Source: Eledone cirrhosa
Lineage: Eukaryota
Assembly: GCA_964016885.1 (NCBI GenBank)
Contig: OZ024751.1
Location: 23,188,001 to 23,252,000 of the forward strand
DNA: 64,000 nucleotides
Reading direction: 5' to 3'
The stretch's first letter is position 1. Every line of letters starts with the position of its first letter. Under the pieces are notes generated by a model. It searched no databases. It worked only from the letters and a program-made list of their open reading frames with translations, and was not told the DNA's origin. Of the stretch, positions 1 through 64,000 are shown piece by piece. Made by a program: the position numbers and the translations under genes.

Positions 1-544
1 ACAGTCTCTGGAGGCGAGTAAACAGTGTATGAATGCCTATATTATGTTTCTATTTAATATACCATCTCTAAGGCAAAGACATTTATTTAATAATTGTAGA
101 TAAAAAATAAACATGCCAATAATATCAATTGTGTATTTGTTTTTTAAGCGTGTCTTTTGAGAAAAATCTATAGTTTATCTCATTAAAAAGAATCTACAAT
201 TCACTGCTTTGCTTCAGGCGACACAATTCCTCTTGAAGCAAAATTTTACTTTTGTCACTTGTCAAACGGATTTTATATTGCTTGAGAATATTTATTGTGT
301 TGTTTGTGTTGTAACTCAGTTATATAACACACGCGAATTTGTGTGTCTGAGTGTATGTGTATGTGAGTGTATGTGCATATATGTGTATGTATGTGTATGT
401 ATGTGCATGTGTATGTGTATTTGTTGGGATTAGAGATTATACAGACATCACATACATGTACAAATAATACATGTACACACACACGTATATGTTTGTGTAT
501 GTACATATATCTATATATATATATAAACGAAGATGATGATGATG

Positions 545-576
<32 letters not shown>

Positions 577-1435
577 ATGTGTGTGTGTGTGTGTGTGTGT
601 GTTTGTGTGTACATTTATGCATATATATATTATATATGTGTTCGTGTGTATATACATACACACAAACACATACACACATATATATGTGTGGGTGTCTGTG
701 TGTGTATGTAAATGGGTATATTTATATACGAACGGGACATTTTAATTAATTTTACGATACCATTTATCATATACCACATACACGTTTACAAACATTCTGT
801 TGGATATCCCCCACAAACATACCCACTCACATAATTCACTCATACGTACACATTCCCAAGTCAGCTTAGAAGATTACGCAGTCACTTGATCGTTTTCGAT
901 CTGCTAGAAGTAGCAGTAAAATTCCCCTCAAATTACACACTACCATCTTAAACACGAAAAAAAAAAAAAAAGACGCATTGGACAATGTAGTCATTGCACC
1001 ATTGTTTGAAAATATGATCTACTAGTTATGACTGGAATGCTTTTATCATATGTATGATTGCTTACATCTGTAACTATAAGGCCCAAGATATCCCCCACAC
1101 AGACACACATGTAAACATGTACAAACATGTACAGAGGGAGAATAACTATGAATTCTTAGCCTTTTCGCCACCATATTTCTAATTAAAGACATTGCCTATA
1201 ATTTTCAAATAATTTTGAAAATAATAAAAAAAAGGTTGGAGGGATTTTGTAATATTATTTTCACCTTATTAAATTGGTGTTTATAGCATAATTGAACCCT
1301 TACCATATTTCTATTGAAAGATACTCCATATAATTTTGAAAATAAAAGAGTTGGATAACTTTAATAATATAACTAAATTGTGTGCTTTCTGGTGGTTTGG
1401 TATAAAAGATTTTAAACATTTTTCTTTTTACTTAC

Positions 1436-61377
<59,942 letters not shown>

Positions 61378-61582
61378 CTGTTGAGAAGACAATGTAAATA
61401 ATTGGTAGCTTATAGAAAGTATTGTGAAATATTTCGTTAAGATAAGGAAGTGATTTAAATTTGATTAAAATTTTTTCCAGGACACCTATGTACACATAAA
61501 TAATACATACGTACAAACACAAACACATACATTATATATATAAAATATATATTCTTACATATATATATATATATATTCTTAC

Positions 61583-61687
<105 letters not shown>

Positions 61688-61969
61688 AGTGTAATTTACT
61701 ACACAAAACGAAGGTTATAGAGAAAATTGAGGTTGGTAATGGCACATGGAATATATAAGAGACAGAATACTTTTTTGTGAAAAAACATATAATTTTATAA
61801 GGTAAGGAAATAATAAAGGGTATAAAAAATGACCGGTTTCGATGGGTCTGCAAAAGCCATCTTTTCAAATGTTGATTAATATTAAGAAAAATTAATAATA
61901 AGAAGAGTTAAAATTTGAGATTTGAAAATTTTAACTCTTCTTATTATTAATTTTTCTTAATATTAATCA

Positions 61970-62014
61970 ACATTTGAAAAGATGGCTTTTGCAGACCCAT
62001 CGAAACCGGTCATT
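61970..62014 (+). ncRNA. Degenerate hammerhead (TTGAAAA in place of CTGAAGA), present in both arms of a fold-back
   Basis: TTGAAAA-GATGG...CCATC-GAAA-CCGG-TC. Confidence 0.55.
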
Positions 62015-62115
62015 TTTTATACCCTTTATTATTTCCTTACCTTATAAAATTATATGTTTTTTCACAAAAAAGTATTCTGTCTCTTATATATTCCATGTGC
62101 CATTACCAACCTCAA

Positions 62116-62225
<110 letters not shown>

Positions 62226-62483
62226 CGAAGGAAATGTGGTAAGGAACCAGATGGACCATAACGCACCAAAGTACTCAATACTTAAGGTAGTATAGTGGGT
62301 AATAGGAACGAGTAGGACCCCGACGGCTGAGCTCAAGCCGTTTCGACGGTTAATTCTGGACTAAATTTTTTAGTCCAGAATTAGCCGTCGAAACGGCTTG
62401 AGCTCAGTCGTCGGAGTCCTACTCGTTCCTATATATATATATAGGAATTGTATTATATATATATACGAATTTGTATTAGTTAA

Positions 62484-62536
<53 letters not shown>

Positions 62537-62648
62537 CACACACACTTAACTAATACAAATTCGTTTTGGCAAGAGAAAAAAAGGAGAAACGAAGATAGGA
62601 TTAAATACAACAAACAAGCCACATTAGCTGCCAAACTTGAATAAATCA

Positions 62649-62690
<42 letters not shown>

Positions 62691-63425
62691 AACATCATAT
62701 ATATATATATATATATATGTTGTGTGTGTGCGTGTGCAAAAGAGATACCATAAAAAACACCGCTATAAGCTAGACGTATTATTGTGAGTTGCACAGGTTG
62801 TTTTGCAACACGCACCCAAACACACACTTCAATTTATCTTGCAAAACTTATCAATGAAGACGAAAAAAAAAGTCTGTTTTGAAGTAAATAAAGCTATAAA
62901 TATATCTTTTTTGATGAAATAGCATTTTCTGCATATTCTGCTAAATATGATTATGGAATCTCGTTACCTGAGTATTTATATATCTAAAAGCAGTTTTTAA
63001 TTACGAAAGATTTTTTATGCTACAAACGTCTAATGGATACAAATGGGTTATAGTAATAAATAGATAAAAAAGAAACAAAACAAAACAAAACAAAACAAAA
63101 CAAAACAAAACAAAACAAAAAAGATCGTGTTTACTACAGAAATTCATTACATTTGTGACCTTATGCTTAATAAATGTGAGAGGAATTCATTTTGATATAT
63201 ATATAATATAACTAAACTACGATGATTTTTCATGTAATTCATGGTGTGATACTAGAAACTTCTAATCTAAATATCCAGAGAATATATGATAACAGTAATG
63301 CTGAAAACAAGAAATATTTATTTATACACAAAAAATACATAAAACTGCAAAAGTGCCCCGCAAATGTAATTTTTTAAAATTATGTAATTTATAAAGAAAA
63401 TGAATTACAGACTTACACGCATGAC

Positions 63426-63472
<47 letters not shown>

Positions 63473-63477
63473 CATAT

Positions 63478-63576
<99 letters not shown>

Positions 63577-63583
63577 CATACAT

Positions 63584-63647
<64 letters not shown>

Positions 63648-63920
63648 TTATATATATATATATGTATATTTATTTATACATATATATTTTATATATATAT
63701 GTATATATATATATTTAGGTTAGTTGGTTCACCACTGGATAGAACTGGTCATTCCATATGGTCAATCTCGATGTAATATTATGGAGAGTACTCAACGTAA
63801 TGCAACTCACCCGTCTTCGTTTGTGTTGGTGGTGGTGCGAGTACGGAGTTAATTATTATAAAATAACAGGAGGCTGGACTGGTGTAAATCCTTAAAAGGT
63901 TTATTATACTATGCAAATTT

Positions 63921-63965
63921 CAATGACCGGGTTCAGTATGAATCCGGTGATATCATCAGGCATTC
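63921..63965 (-). ncRNA. Degenerate hammerhead
   Basis: Minus strand AATGc-CTGATGA-...-GAAC-CCGG-TC-ATT, within an insert adjacent to a (TA)n tract. Confidence 0.45.
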
Positions 63966-64000
63966 GAAATATAACAAAGGAATATAACAGCTAAAATCCA

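Noticed and set aside
1-37. Possible start of the next exon at the window edge (minus strand)
   Set aside because: It is too short and has no cadherin motif.

Overview
AT-rich, microsatellite-laden animal DNA. The repeat style suggests an octopus or related cephalopod, but this is inference. The whole window lies inside one minus-strand multi-exon cadherin-family gene: 14 internal exons (61377 down to 1436, 2662 nt, about 887 codons, about 8 cadherin repeats) splice together in frame. One intron needs a GC donor, and a 4-exon/3-repeat module appears twice. The introns hold tRNA-type SINEs, two copies of an RLE-type (R4/Dong-like) LINE, mariner-like MITEs, a Helitron-like element and several tandem repeats. 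The strongest unexplained signal is a dense set of short non-coding inserts in (TA)n tracts that carry type I hammerhead ribozyme (HHR) motifs. About 10 loci have complete or near-complete cores and about 8 more have only the 3' half, spread over many unrelated families. Most are folded back into long inverted repeats, often with the turning point at or in the ribozyme. One copy keeps a Penelope-like GIY-YIG endonuclease C-terminus, and another is an ORF-less insert of about 1.3 units that looks like a retrozyme. Most ORFs in the supplied track are microsatellite artefacts. Coordinates were read by eye and repeat boundaries are approximate.
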